NCBI RefSeq assembly: GCF_902713615.1
Contig: NW_024056010.1
Coordinates: 310,001 to 374,000, forward strand
Source of the DNA: Scyliorhinus canicula
Lineage: Eukaryota
Length of the DNA: 64,000 bases
Direction of reading: 5' to 3'
Shown in pieces: positions 1-12,731 of the stretch. The notes beneath the pieces were generated by a model. The model was not told the origin of the DNA and made no database searches. It saw only the letters and a list, made by a program, of their open reading frames with translations. Each line of letters opens with the position of its first letter. The first letter of the stretch is position 1. The position numbers and the translations under genes are program-made.

Positions 1-1382
1 ACAACATGAACGGAAAACTTCAAGTTGTAAGTATTTTTTTTATTATCCCTGCAAATATTTCAATAAGACATTCTGATTCCAATCAGTGTTCAGTTTCACA
101 AGCAATTTTGAAGTAATTGTTATATCCCAGGCTAAAACAGATAAATGAACATTCGCATTTACTTACATAGGAGTTTTATATTGCATTTTGGCAATATATG
201 CATCCGGTTATGATATTATTTGTGTGCAGCCGCAACTATATTATCCCATCAATTTTATTTGTACTTTGACAGTGAGGTAATTATAATTAACCTAATCCTA
301 AACGGTTTTGTGAAGGAATTGTTAATAATGATGTTATGTAAATAGTTGGTGTATTTTCATATGGCTTGAGATTTGCAAATAAAACAGGAAAGTGAGCGAA
401 TTATTTTAAATCAAAAGTCTGCCAATAGCATCGAACCTGAAATCAATACCGTCTCCTATAACTGTGCTGCACACAGGAAAGAATCAGAGCTGAAATACTG
501 ATTATATCTGACCTTTATGGTTAGTTCTTTACTAAATATTACATTGAACAAGGAAATCGCGCCTTACTTTCTAGCAAACGTTCTGAATGAATTGTTCCCA
601 AGATTTAGATGCTTCAGTTTGGCTCTTCTCGAATTAATAATATATTTATTAACATATTTCCGGCAATTGTGTGAATTGCAGGTGTAATTTTGAAAAATTG
701 CCCGAGTTATTAAATCCAGGTAGTACCGTTACCGCTCACAAACTGCGGATATATATAGGCCCTGACAGTTTCTGATCAATAAAGTTGCTGCCTGCAGGTT
801 ATAACACAGACATTTTTTAAATATTCACTCCTGTAATAATATATATAGTTACGATTTACGACAATATTTAAATATGAGAGTCTTGTTTTGCCAACCAGCT
901 GATATTACAGCCCATAAACCGACCGTGCGAAGTGGCCCACTCAAAATTAGGAACTACTTAAAATATTCCACTCAAATGCATCATGTAAACCACTTACAGA
1001 GAATTAATTGAGGTTATAAAACATGAACGTCTTTACGAATATTTTAGTGTTTACATGTTTGTCGGTAAAAAAGGGCAGTTATAGGTATTGCCCATTTTAA
1101 ATTCTTAAAATGTGATTAGATTTAAATAAAATGACATATATGTCTCAATATTTCCCTCTGTTAATTTTATTTGTATTGCGTAACATAGGTTAAGTGCCAT
1201 ACTAATTCAGTTTACCCCAATTATTTCACAAAGTATTAGGCAGAAACATATTTTGAAATGTCAAAATTATTTTTTATTATTGAGTACAAATCTGTTAACA
1301 AGCAAATTAACTGTAACCATAATAACTCGAACTTATTCTACACACATGTGATCTCCTACAACTGAGTAATTTCAGTGAGCTC

Positions 1383-1560
1383 ATGGCCCCGGCCGTTAGG
1401 ATTCACTCTTCCCGCCGGCGGCGCACCCCCTCCGGCGGCTTTCCCGACGGAGTGGGGTGGCTTAAATGGCAAATCCTATTGGCAAGTGGCAGGAGGGGAG
1501 AATCCCCCCGCCAACGAGCGGTGCGGCACCGAGCAAACGCTTCTCTTGGATGGGAAAAAC
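1383..1560. mobile_element. GC-rich MITE-like remnant
   Basis: GC island in AT-rich intron; contains ggagaatcccccc, resembling the TIR of the MITE at 60250-60884; no complete termini. Confidence 0.35.
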
Positions 1561-2371
1561 CAGTCCCAGATCTCAACGTTTAGGAAGAATGTTTAATTGC
1601 ATCCAAAATAAATTGAGAAAACAACACATATATTTCGTCAACTGTAAGGTGCTCGGTAAGGAGCTTGGCCTTGATTTCTTTGTTAGCTACATTCCATTAC
1701 GAAATTATTATGTCAAACCAGTGGAGAATGAGTTTTGAATATGAATGCTTCCCGGTTTGTGTGTTGCTTCCCCTGTCACTGCGTGTCTTTTGAGAACATC
1801 AAATTATCCCTAATCTGCAAAGCTTGATATGCTCATATTCAGGGGAACTAAATCTATGTTTTTTCAAGATTGAATGTCAAAGGCGTTATTATTGTAGTAA
1901 TGGATCATTGATCAAATAGAATCACAGTTTGAATGAAATTGACAGACTGAACGTACTTATCTGCTGGAAACTCGGTTGTAGCACTGCTTGTGTCTGTTCA
2001 GATCTGTGCGCGTGGTCACTGTGTTGTACCAGGAACCTTGCTGACTGGTTGTAAACCTTCCGCTTCCTTCTCCTGTATTTCAAGGCGTGCAATCGGATTC
2101 ATTTCTTCAAAAAGTATGCATGATCAGTGTGAAAGTTTGACTTCATATTTAATTGTATGCATCAGAAATCGGACTCCTGACAGACCGGGAAAATCACACA
2201 CAATCGACAGCCTAGCAAAAGAGTTTAGTTCGATTTGTAACCAGTAATATTGGGACTGTTGAATTAGGCAATTTGAAGTGAATTTTACTCTACATTTAAC
2301 TTTTGCTCCTAATGTTCTCTGAATGAGATGGTGCAGAAGGAGTGAACAGACGGCATGAAAAAGTATACAGA

Positions 2372-2544
2372 GGGCTGGTTTAGCACACTGGGCTAAATCG
2401 CTGGCTTTTAAAGCAGACCAAGGCAGGCCAGCAGCACGGTTCAATTCCCTACCAGCCTCCAATTAAAGGCGCCGGAATGTGGCGACTAGGGGCTTTTCGC
2501 AGTAAGTTAATTGAAGCCTACTCGTGACAGTAAGCGATTTTCAT
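2372..2544 (+). mobile_element. tRNA-derived SINE (gggctggtttagcac family)
   Basis: A-box-like ggtttagcac and B-box-like ggttcaattcc; near-identical second copy at about 44901-45063. Confidence 0.75.
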
Positions 2545-2849
2545 ATTGATCTAAGATTACATGGCAAGGCCAGCATTTTTTGCACTTTTCTAGTTTAGTT
2601 TCAGAAAGTGTCGTTGAATCCTATAGAGTCTATGGAATCCTTTCAGTGCAAAAGAAGGCCATTCGGACCAACGAAAGTGTAGTTACCCTCTTAAAGGGCA
2701 CGTTACCTCGGCCGACTACGCGACTTATCCCCCTAACACCGTAGCCCCACCTAGCCTGCACATGGTTGGACTATGGTGGAACCCCGGAGCACCTGGAGGA
2801 GTCGCATTCTTAAACCGCTGAAACAATGTGTGTCAGTACACTCAAAGTA

Positions 2850-3300
2850 ATGTTAGGAAGCGAATTGCATGATTATCCCCAGGTAAGAGTAAAGAAATGA
2901 TTATATAGTTCAAATCATGATAATTGTGTATTCAAGGAGCACTGAAGGTTACACTATCGTCAGTAGGAGCCATTCCACTTTCAGCTGGTGGAGGGACGTG
3001 GGTTGGGAAGGAGCTTTGTCGAGTCGCTGTTGTAAGGGACACTGTGCACCGGAGGTAGAGAGTGAGTTTTTAAGGTGGTGGGTGTGGTGCGAATTTTGCT
3101 GGCGACATTGTTCTTGACAGCGTCGAATTTATTGAATGTTGTTGGATTGGCATTCATAGAGGCATATGGAATTTATTCAATAGTTGTCCCCCTTTGTGTC
3201 TTCTCTAGATGATGGTCGGCTTTGATATAAAATTGTTGAGTTACTCCGGGAGTTGGGGGTTTGGTGGTGGAAGGAGGCGGAGAGACAGGACTTGGGGCGG
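2850..3300 (-). mobile_element. Old CR1/L2-type LINE 3' remnant
   Basis: Minus-strand translation ASMNANPTTFNKFDAVKNNVASKI aligns by eye to MNAAPTTLKKLDTIQDKAARLI of the LINE at 10572-10901. Confidence 0.5.
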
Positions 3301-4107
3301 GAGGGTATTCAGAGGCAGGAGAGTCAGGAGAGGTCATAACTTCATAATTGTCCTGTGCCTGACCTGAACGTCTTCTCCCCACATCATTAAACACATTTAA
3401 TCAGCTTCTATCTCAATAAGTATGTTCGTAAACACAAATTCTCCCGTTACTCCTGTGAACTAATGCACTTTAATTGATTTTAACAATCTTTCTAAAAAAT
3501 GAACATGCATGCATTTTACTGAATTAATTATGTTTAGGCATTTGAGTACCAAATAATCATTCCATGAGAGCGACCGGACTTTGAACGCGGTTTTATAATA
3601 CTTTCAGGAAGTGAGAGCAACGCTCCAGCGAGCGGCGTCTGTTCTGGTCTGATAGGAAGCTGCAAGTTATTTTCACTCCCCAAATAGAGAATGATTAGAC
3701 GCCTATGCCAAATAACCAACATAAGAAACTTTTGGTTCAAATTATTATTTCATTCTATTCTTTGAAATTGTTCACTGACAAAAATAACAGGATCGAGGTG
3801 CAAGTATCCCACTGGGCCACCATACAGAGTATAAAGCCACAAAACTACATTTCTGTCACATATTTCAAGTGCTGCATTTAGTCTGAAATCGGCTGTTTCA
3901 TCATAAACCTAATTCCTTGTGTGCATTCGATTGACTCAGTTACCTCAGATTAATCAGATCCCTTTATTTTAACGTAAGTTTCCATTATTCCAAACAATAT
4001 AATGGTATCAAAGAGCTGCAAGGGAGTATTAAACATTTTCTCCCATCAAATGAGAAAGAATGTGTCCAATGAGTCCTACAGACTGGTAGAATTATGCCGT
4101 AGATAAC

Positions 4108-4332
4108 TTTTTTTTTATAAATTTAGATTACCCAATTATTTTTTCTATTAAGGGGCAATTTAGCATGGCCAATCCACCTACTCTGCACATTTTTGGGTTG
4201 TGGGGGCGAAACCCACGCAGACACGGGGAGAATGTGCAAACTCCACACGGACAGTGACCCAGAGCCGGGATCGAACCTGGGACCTCAGCGCCGTGAGGCG
4301 GTTGTGCTAACCACTAGGCCACCGTGCTGCCC
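4108..4332 (-). mobile_element. HE1-like tRNA-derived SINE with target-site duplication
   Basis: Reverse complement starts gggcagcacggtggcctagtggttagc; flanked by atgYcgtagataac at 4094-4107 and 4333-4346. Confidence 0.85.
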
Positions 4333-5830
4333 ATGTCGTAGATAACTGAGTAATTCGGCTCATTATGCCCATTTTGACTCTAAAATAGTTCCAATTTGGA
4401 CCCACAACTCGTAAATCTGTTAATTAATTGACATATCAAATCACTTTATTCATTCCAGATGCAGCGAACCGGGGCAGACACAATGATCTGGATGATCTTC
4501 TCATTTGCAGTAACCACTCTATAATTCCAAAGTCAACACCTTCTGACTGGAGCAAAACACGTTCTGCATCACCCTAAATTTCCTAATTATTTTGTCAATT
4601 GTTTCCTTTTGATAACCAGCAGAAACATTTTCTCCTCAACTATTATATTAACAATATCTCATCATTTTGAACATATCTCTCCAATAACCCCATAAGACAC
4701 ACGGTTAGAACGTGAACAAGTTAGCTGGTGTAACCTCTCTATAATATTGAACTCTCCCACACGTGATATCACCTTAGTACATCCTCTCCGTATTCTCCAC
4801 AGGGACTTGACCATTTCCCTAAAGTGGTGGTCAGAAGTTTTCAGAAGATAGCGCAGCCTGGTCAGTGCTTGAAAAACGTCATCATGAATTTCTCCTTGTC
4901 GGTGTTCCTATTTACAAGACCAAGTCTTCCATTCGCTTTTCAAGCCACCTTAACAACCTTTCCTGCTGCTTTCAAAAACGTTGTCAATGTGCATCCCTCT
5001 AATTCTCCACCGTGACAAAAATTAGTAATCCTTGATATTCCATACTGTAGAGTGTTATTTCCGAATAACTCAGGTATCTGAATCATCCACAAAACAGAAG
5101 TGCGAGTTGATCATATCAACAGACTAGATGATTCCGTTCTTTTATCTATGTAACCCATTGACATCTACTCGAATTATGACGTTTAATGAGTGCAAGCGTT
5201 GATATATACACAAAATGTCTGTCCTGTGATCAAACAGAAACAGCTGGTAAAATAAATAAGAGGTAGAACTTAGGAAGTTAGATTGCTAAATGAAATAGAC
5301 TATTTAAACAATGGCGTTTTATATTTTCAACGCATGGAATTGTGCTCAATTAGTAGTATTAATTGAGTTGTCGGGCTGGGGTGCGGGGCGACCAAACTTG
5401 AGATAGACATTCAGTAGATCTGTGTAGAGAATGTATGGGAGAGCACGACTCTTTTTCAGAAGGAAATAGATAAACTAGATTAAATGACTATTCACACAAA
5501 AATTCAGTTCCAGGTATTAACGTTTGTAAAATTATCCCTCGCAACGCCAATGTCAAATGTACATTTATATGTGAAAGGAGTCATCGACCAGTTATTTCAA
5601 ACATCCATTACTGTCATGAGAACAAAGAAAATTAGGATGAAATCTGGTGGAGGTGTTTTGTACAACAGAAAGGGTTTCTTCTTACTGGAATTCAAGAAGT
5701 TATTTCCCCAAATCAGATGTTGGTCTATAAAATATATTTTGTTTAAATAAACATGGAAACATTTAAGGGAGAAAGGATTGCAATTTATAAACGCTTGGTT
5801 GTTAGGACCGGATATGGCCTGTCAAAAAGT

Positions 5831-7294
5831 AGATACAGAGATAGATAGAACATTACAGTGCAGTACAGGCCCTTCGCCCCACAATGTTGCGACGAGCTGT
5901 GAACCCCCTCTAATGCCCATGTACACTATTCCCTTATCATCCATACGTCTATCCAATGACCATTTGAATGCCCTTAGCGTTGGCGAATCCACAATTGTTG
6001 CAGGCAGGCCATTCCACGCCCTTACTACTCTCTGAGTAAAGAACCTACCTTTAACATCTGTCCTATATCTATCTTCCCTCAATTTAAAGCTATGTTCCCT
6101 CGTGCTGCACACCACCAGCCCAGGAAAAAGGCTCTCACTGTGCATCCTTTCTAATCCTCTGATCATCTTGTGTGCCTCAATTAAGTCACCTCTTAATCTT
6201 CTTCTCTCTAACGAAATCAGCCTCAAGTCTCTCAGCCTTCCCTCATAAGATCTTCCCTCCATACCAGGCAACATTATGGTGAATCTCCTCTGCACCCTTT
6301 CCAATGCTTCCACATCCTTCCTATAATGCAGCGACCAGAATTGCACGCAATATCCAAATGCGGCCGCACCAGCGTTTTGTACAGCTGCAACTTGACCTCA
6401 TGGCTCCGAAACTCAACCCCTCTACCAATGAAAGCTAACACACCGCACGTCTTCTGAACAACCCTCTCAACCTGGGTGGCAACTTTCAGGGATTTATGTA
6501 CATGGACACCGAGATCTCTCTGCTCATCCACACTACCAAGAATCTTCCCATTAGCCCAGTACTCTGTCTTCCTGTTTTTCCTTCCAAAATGAATCACCAC
6601 ACACGTTTATGCATTAAGCTCCAGTTGCCATCTCTCAGCCCAGCTCTGCAGCTTATCTATGTCCCTCGGTAACTTGTAACATCCTTCCGCACTGTCCACT
6701 ACACCACCGACTTTAGTGGCATCTGCAAATTTACTCACCCATCCTTCTACGACCTCCTCCAGGTAATTTATAAAAATGACAAACGGCAGTGGCCCCAAAA
6801 CAGATCCTTGTGGTACACCACTAGTAACTGGACTACAGTCTGAACATTTCCCATAAACCACCACCCTTTGTCTTCTTACAGCTAGCCATTTTCTGATCCA
6901 TACTGCTAAATCACCCCGAATCCCATGCCGCCGTATTTTCTGCAATAGCCTACCGTGGGGAACCTTATCAAACGCTTTACTGAAATCCATATACACCACA
7001 TCAACTGCTTTACCCTCATCCACCTGTTTGGTCACTTTCTCAAAAAACTCAATACGGTTTGTGAGGCACGACCTACCCTTCAGAAAACCGTGTTGACTAT
7101 CTCTAATCAAATTATTCCTTTCCAGATTATTATACATCCTATCTCTTATAAAACTTTCCAAGACTTTGCCCACAACAGAAGTAAGGCTCACTGGTCTATA
7201 GTTACCGAGGTTGTCTCTACTCCCCTTCTTGAACAAGGCAACAACATTTGCTATCTTCCCAGTCTTCTGGCACTATTCCTGTAGACAAAGATGA
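5831..7294 (-). mobile_element. CR1-clade LINE, 5'-truncated RT fragment
   Basis: ORFs 6607-7236, 6274-6600, 5822-6346 carry CR1 RT motifs (NYRPVSLTS, QHGF, DFSKAFDKVPH, GVPQGSVLGP, FADA); atag-repeat tail. Confidence 0.92.
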
Positions 7295-8459
7295 CTCAGT
7301 GGAATGCGTAATAGTTTGGTAAAATTGAACTTTTGAAAGGAAGATCAAAGTCATGATCAACTGAATAGCTTTTTTCCCCAGACATTATATTTCATAATTT
7401 ATAATGCTGTTATTCTTAAAGAGCATGCAATGATTTGTTTTAAACATGTGATAACTTGTATGACTATAAGTAACATCTATAATGAAGAAAAGTAAACCGA
7501 TCCAAAAATGTTTTTTAAATCCTCTAAATTCAATAGTGAGCTGCAATTGTATGACCACTGCAATGTAGTGCGACGCCCCAAACATTTTCCTCGACCTTTA
7601 CAAGAGATGACCTACCCCGAGTCATATAATGAGAAGTTATGGCAGTTCCCCACAAGCTTTGTCCAAGAGGAAGGTTTAAGGCAGCTTTTAAAATGGAATG
7701 ACGGATGAAATGTAATATCAAGAATGGGAGAATCTGTGCAGATGTCAGGAGGCTGGTAGTAAATGTATGTAGGAGGTGTCCAATGGACAAAATGTGGAAC
7801 AGTCTAACTCTAAAATATTTAATACTGAAATATAAAATATTTGGGGAGTTAAGTGAGTTTCTCCACAGCAAACAAGATCTGAAGAAAATCGACGATTCAA
7901 TGTTCCGAATTTGCTCGAGAAAGCAACCTCATGGTCAGAATGCACCTTTCGGAATCATGGCCTTCATTTTCTGCAAGACTGGAATTATTTGAAGGTGTTT
8001 TACATTTGGTCTCACAACCCACTTTAGCTCCAAGGGCACTGCAGGTCATGATTAGAAAATGTTGGAATTACTTTATCTTGTACTCAGGTTTAGAGTTGTA
8101 GGGCTATTTTATAAGCACTCCCTGCCAAGCACCGTTTGAATCGGAGTTATTATTTTGTGAGGGCCATGGGGCTGGAGTGGCAAATTTCAATAAGGCCAGT
8201 TTCCAGTGCAACAACCTGACGACGAGAAAACACTTTGTTCTTCACGAAAATGTAAATATTTTTGAAATGGTAGTTGCAATATTTGGAAAATGTTCTGCTC
8301 TTCTATTTTAATCTAACGAAGTCGACGTCATTCAGCTAAAATCAACATTTTAAAAAATGTGTCAGAGGCAGAGAAAGTGAACATGGGAAGAACAATTCAT
8401 AATGGTACTGATGGAAACTCAAATGCGGATGTACAGATTACTGTCAAAATAATGGAATA

Positions 8460-8692
8460 GGGCAGCACGGTGGCACAGGAGTTAGCATTGCTGCCTCACG
8501 TCGCCGAGGTCCCCGATTCGATTCCGGCTCTGGGTCACTGCCCGTGTGGAGTTTACACATTCTCCCCGTGTTGGCGTGGGTGTCACCCCCACAACCCAAA
8601 CATGTTCAGGGAAGGTGGATTGGCCACGCTAAATTGCCCCTCATGTGGAAAAAATGAAGTGGGTAATCTAAATTTATTTTTAAAAATTGAAT
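8460..8692 (+). mobile_element. HE1-like SINE
   Basis: Starts gggcagcacggtggcacaggagttagc; same family as 4108-4332. Confidence 0.8.
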
Positions 8693-8786
8693 AAATGTAT
8701 AACTATAACCTAATTTTAAGTTGTTTGGTTACGAATTAAAAGCAAACAATTGGATCTGACATGTTCAATCCGTCTTTCTTTTCCAG

Positions 8787-9086
8787 CGACGCCGTCTCAA
8801 CCCACTCTCTACAACCTGGCCCCCTCCTGTCAGCAACACAACACCGACGGCTCCGTGACCTACGGCTGTTTGGCGATGGACTACTCCCCAGAAATCAGCA
8901 GCCTTACCTGGAAGAAAGATGGGCAGCCGATCACCACTGGATTGAAGACTTATCCGGCAGTGAGAAACATAAAGGGAACCTACACCCTGAGCAGCCAGTT
9001 AACCATCCCTGAGTCAGAGGGGGCATGCAGCAAAATCAGCTGTGAGGTTCGACACAACGGCTCAGACAAGAGCATTGGAATGACAT
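8787..9086 (+). CDS. IGHM: IgM heavy chain constant exon Cmu1
   Basis: Acceptor ttttccag (AG 8785-8786), donor gtaagt 9087; phase 1/1, 300 nt; [32 protein letters not shown] is a C1-set Ig domain typical of shark mu. Confidence 0.95.
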
Positions 9087-9296
9087 GTAAGTGTTGTGGA
9101 ACCAGTACAAAATAGGAAATCTATGAATACCTTGTGTAAGGTCTTGGTTATAACGCAGTTATAGTAATCACTGTATTCCTGATCCCAGGAAAATCCAGGT
9201 TCGTGTCTGTTGACCACAAAAACTGGCATGTATAACAGCTCATTTTATTTATTCTAAATTTCGTCTATAAGAAATATCTAACACTTGTTTTTGAAG

Positions 9297-9611
9297 GTCG
9301 TAAAAATGACAAACCTCCAAATCTTCTCCTCACTGTGAGTTCCAATGAAGAAATCACACGCACTAAATTTGCAACCATCGTCTGTTCAATCATCGATTTC
9401 CGTCCAAAGTCAATGGCGGTGAAGTGGTTGAAGAATGGACAACCCATGGGTTCAGGAATTCTCACCTCTCCCGCCTGTGAAGTGAACGAGAACTTCTCGG
9501 CGAGCAGTCGGCTGACAGTCTCCGCTGGGGAATGGTTCAGCAAAGCGGTCTATACCTGCCAGGTCACTCATAAAGGGCTCACACAAAGTCGGAATATCGG
9601 CACATCTGAAG
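9297..9611 (+). CDS. IGHM: IgM heavy chain constant exon Cmu2
   Basis: AG 9295-9296, donor gtaaga 9612; 315 nt, in phase; [28 protein letters not shown]. Confidence 0.95.
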
Positions 9612-10109
9612 GTAAGAGAATCAAACCGGGGAAATATTGATCATTCTATGCTGCGATTTTAAGCATTATGCAGAATTTTATTAAGCTACAACTTCTAATT
9701 TATTGCCATGTTCTTTGTGCTTCACTCTGATGTAAGAGCTGTATTAGATTGCTCAACATTCAGGATTTGATCACATCAGCAAAGACATGTTCCCTCGAGA
9801 CTGATGTTATTCAGTGGCTGAGTTTCAGTCATTATTGACTTGCCTGGATAAGTGCAGCTCCAACGACACTCAAGAAGCTTGACACCATCTAGGACAAAAG
9901 AGGCCGCTTGATTTGCACCTCTTCCACAAACATTCATTTCCTCCACCTCCAACATAGAGCAGCAGCAGTATTTAGAATCTGCAAGATACAGTTTGCGCAT
10001 TCTCCCTGTGTCTGCGTGGGTTTCAATCTACAACCCAAGGATGTATTAAATAGATTTGCCACGCTAAATTACCCTTTGAAAAGATGTTAAAAAAATAATC
10101 TACAAAATA

Positions 10110-11245
10110 CACTGCAGGAACTTACTGTGCCTCCGTTAACAGAATCTTCAAATCCTACGACCGCTACCATCACGAAGGACAAGTGCAGCAGGATGACTAC
10201 CTTCTGGAATTTGCCCCCCAAGTCACTCACCATTTTAAGGTCAGAAGAGCGGATGACTGCACAATGTTCAGCACCATTCGTAACTCCTCAGATAATGAAG
10301 CTGTCCATGTCCAAATGCAGCAAGACCAGGACAATATCCAGCAGTAATAAAAAGTGGTAAGTTGCATTCGCGACCATCTCCTACAAGAGAGGATATAACC
10401 ACCGCCCCTTGACATTCAATGGGATTACCACCACTGAATCCCTCACAATCAACATTCTGGGAGTTACCATTGAATCCTCCAGCAAGCAACTGACCTCCTG
10501 ATCCCCCAAAGCCTGTCCACCATCTACAAGGCACAAGTGAGGAGTGTAAAGTAATACTCTCACTTGTCTGGATGAATGCAGCTCCAACAACACTCAAAAA
10601 GCTCGACACCATCCAGGACAAAGCAGCCCGCTTGATTGCTCCCCCTTCCACAAACATTCAAACCCTCCACCACCGAAGAACAATGGCAGCCGTGTGTACC
10701 ATCTACAAGATGCACTGCAGTAACTCACCAAGGCTCCTCAGACAGCAACATACAAACCCACCATCTCGAAGGACAAGAGCAGCAGATACCTGGGAACCTC
10801 ACCACCTGGATGTACCCCTCCAAGTCACTCACCACCCTGACTTGGAAATATATCGGCGCTCCTTCACTGCCGCTGGGGAAAATCCTGAACTGCCTCCCTA
10901 ACAGCACAGTGGATGTACCTTCACCTCAGAGACTGCAGCAGTTCAAGAAGGCAACTCAACACCGCCCTCTGCAGGGCAGCTAGAAATGGGCAAGAAATGC
11001 TGACCTAACCAGCGACGCCCACATCACATAAATGAATAAAAGAAAGAACATCTCGACCTCGAAATTTCTCACCATCCCTTCACTGTTGCTGGGCCAAAAT
11101 TCTGGAATTCGCTCCATAACAAGGCTGGGGATATATACACCACATGGACGACAGTGGTTGAAGAAGACAGTTGACCTCCACCTCTCAAGATAAATAATGG
11201 ATAGGCAATAAATGCTGGCCTAGCCAGAGACGCCGACATCGCATT
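10110..11245 (+). mobile_element. CR1/L2-type LINE 3' fragments
   Basis: ORF 10572-10901 resembles a LINE ORF2 C-terminus; 3' tail gacgcccacatcac..gaataaaa near 11015-11045; a second tail to about 11245 and another piece at about 9835-9975. Confidence 0.75.
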
Positions 11246-11480
11246 GATTTCTGGAACCGTTTACTGGTAACAGCTTCTGTTCAAAGCATTGGAAAGTGAA
11301 TTTCTAAAACGGTGTCACGTACGGAGGAAGCTGGTGTACCATTGTATATTGAAGATTTAAGGAATTGTTAAGGGTTGATACATCGAGGTTGGTATAGTTT
11401 CCTTTAGAAAGTGAAGGCTGAATACTGCTGTCCTGATTCTAAAGATGGAATTTGGGTTGATTTTAATTTGTCATTCACAG

Positions 11481-11789
11481 AGCCTGCCCCTTGCACTGAT
11501 GTCTCAGTAAAAATACTGCCTCCGTCAATAGAACAGGTCTTACTGGAGGCGACTGTAACCTTAACCTGCATCATTTCGAATACTCCTTATGGAGTCAACG
11601 TGTCCTGGAGTGAAGCGAAGAAGCCGCTGAAATCAGAGATTGCTGAACAGCCTGGGACAGATACTGGGAGTGTGGTGAGCAAATTAAACATCTCGACACA
11701 AGCCTGGCTGAGTGGGGCTGTGTTTGGCTGCGAGGTGAGCCACCAGGATCTGCCAACGCCCTTTAAAAAATCCATCCACAAAGAAGAAG
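11481..11789 (+). CDS. IGHM: IgM heavy chain constant exon Cmu3
   Basis: Acceptor tcattcacag ending 11480, donor gtgaga 11790; 309 nt; [36 protein letters not shown]. Confidence 0.95.
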
Positions 11790-12404
11790 GTGAGATTGAA
11801 GCAAAGGCCTGTCCCTTATATTTGGTGTTTAATGGACCACATTGATAATTGTTAATTCCAATAACGAAATCCTCCGAAAGCGCAGATCATAGATTTAAGG
11901 AGAAATTGGATAAGTGAACGAATGAGAAAGGAACAGAAGGATTTAACAATAAAACAAATAAGGTGCTGAACCTAAACAGAAGCATCGAGCAGTTGCGCTG
12001 AGTGGCCTGTCTCTATGCTCTAATTGCGATTCAATTGTCATAGAAACATAGTAAATTGGAGCAGGGGAGGCAGTTGGGCCATTCATTATGAACATGGCTG
12101 ATCACCCAATCCAATAAACTGTGCTGGCTTTCCCCCAATATCGTTTGATCCTTTTAGAGTTATACCTGACACTGTCTCGATAATATGCAGTGTCTTAGCT
12201 TCAACTGCTTCCTATTGCAGCAAATAACGCAGTCTTACCACTCTCTGGGTGAAACAAAGTTTCCTCCTTTCATCCAAAAAGGTGCCTTAGACTATGACTC
12301 GGTTTGTGAAGAACCCACGATCGGGAATATCCTTCGTGCCTCTACGCTGTCTAGTTCTATTGGGATTTTATAGGTTTTCCCCTCAATCTTCCATCCTCTA
12401 GCGA

Positions 12405-12731
12405 ATATAGAACATAGAACATACAGTGCAGAAGGAGGCCATCGGCCCATTGAGTCTGCACCGACACACTTAAGCCCTCACTTCCATCCTATCCCCGTAA
12501 GCAATAACCCCTCCTAACCTTTTTTTGGATACTAAGGGCAATTTAGCATGGCCACTCCACCTAACCTGCACGTTTTTGAACTGTGGGAGGAAACCGAAGT
12601 ACCCGGAGGAAACTCACGAAGACACGGGGAGAACATGCAGACTCGGCACAGACAGTTGCCCAGCAGGTAATCGAACCTGGGACACTGGTGCTGTGAAGCC
12701 ACAGTGCTAACCACTATGCTACCATGCTGCC
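12405..12731 (-). mobile_element. HE1-like SINE with CR1-type tail
   Basis: Reverse complement starts gggcagcatggtagcatagtggttagc and ends in atagaac repeats. Confidence 0.8.

Noticed and set aside
1-8786. Class-switch (S) region or clear intronic enhancer
   Set aside because: No dense AGCT/GAGCT repeat array; isolated motifs (ATTTGCAAAT 371-380, CAGGAAGTG near 3605) are expected by chance
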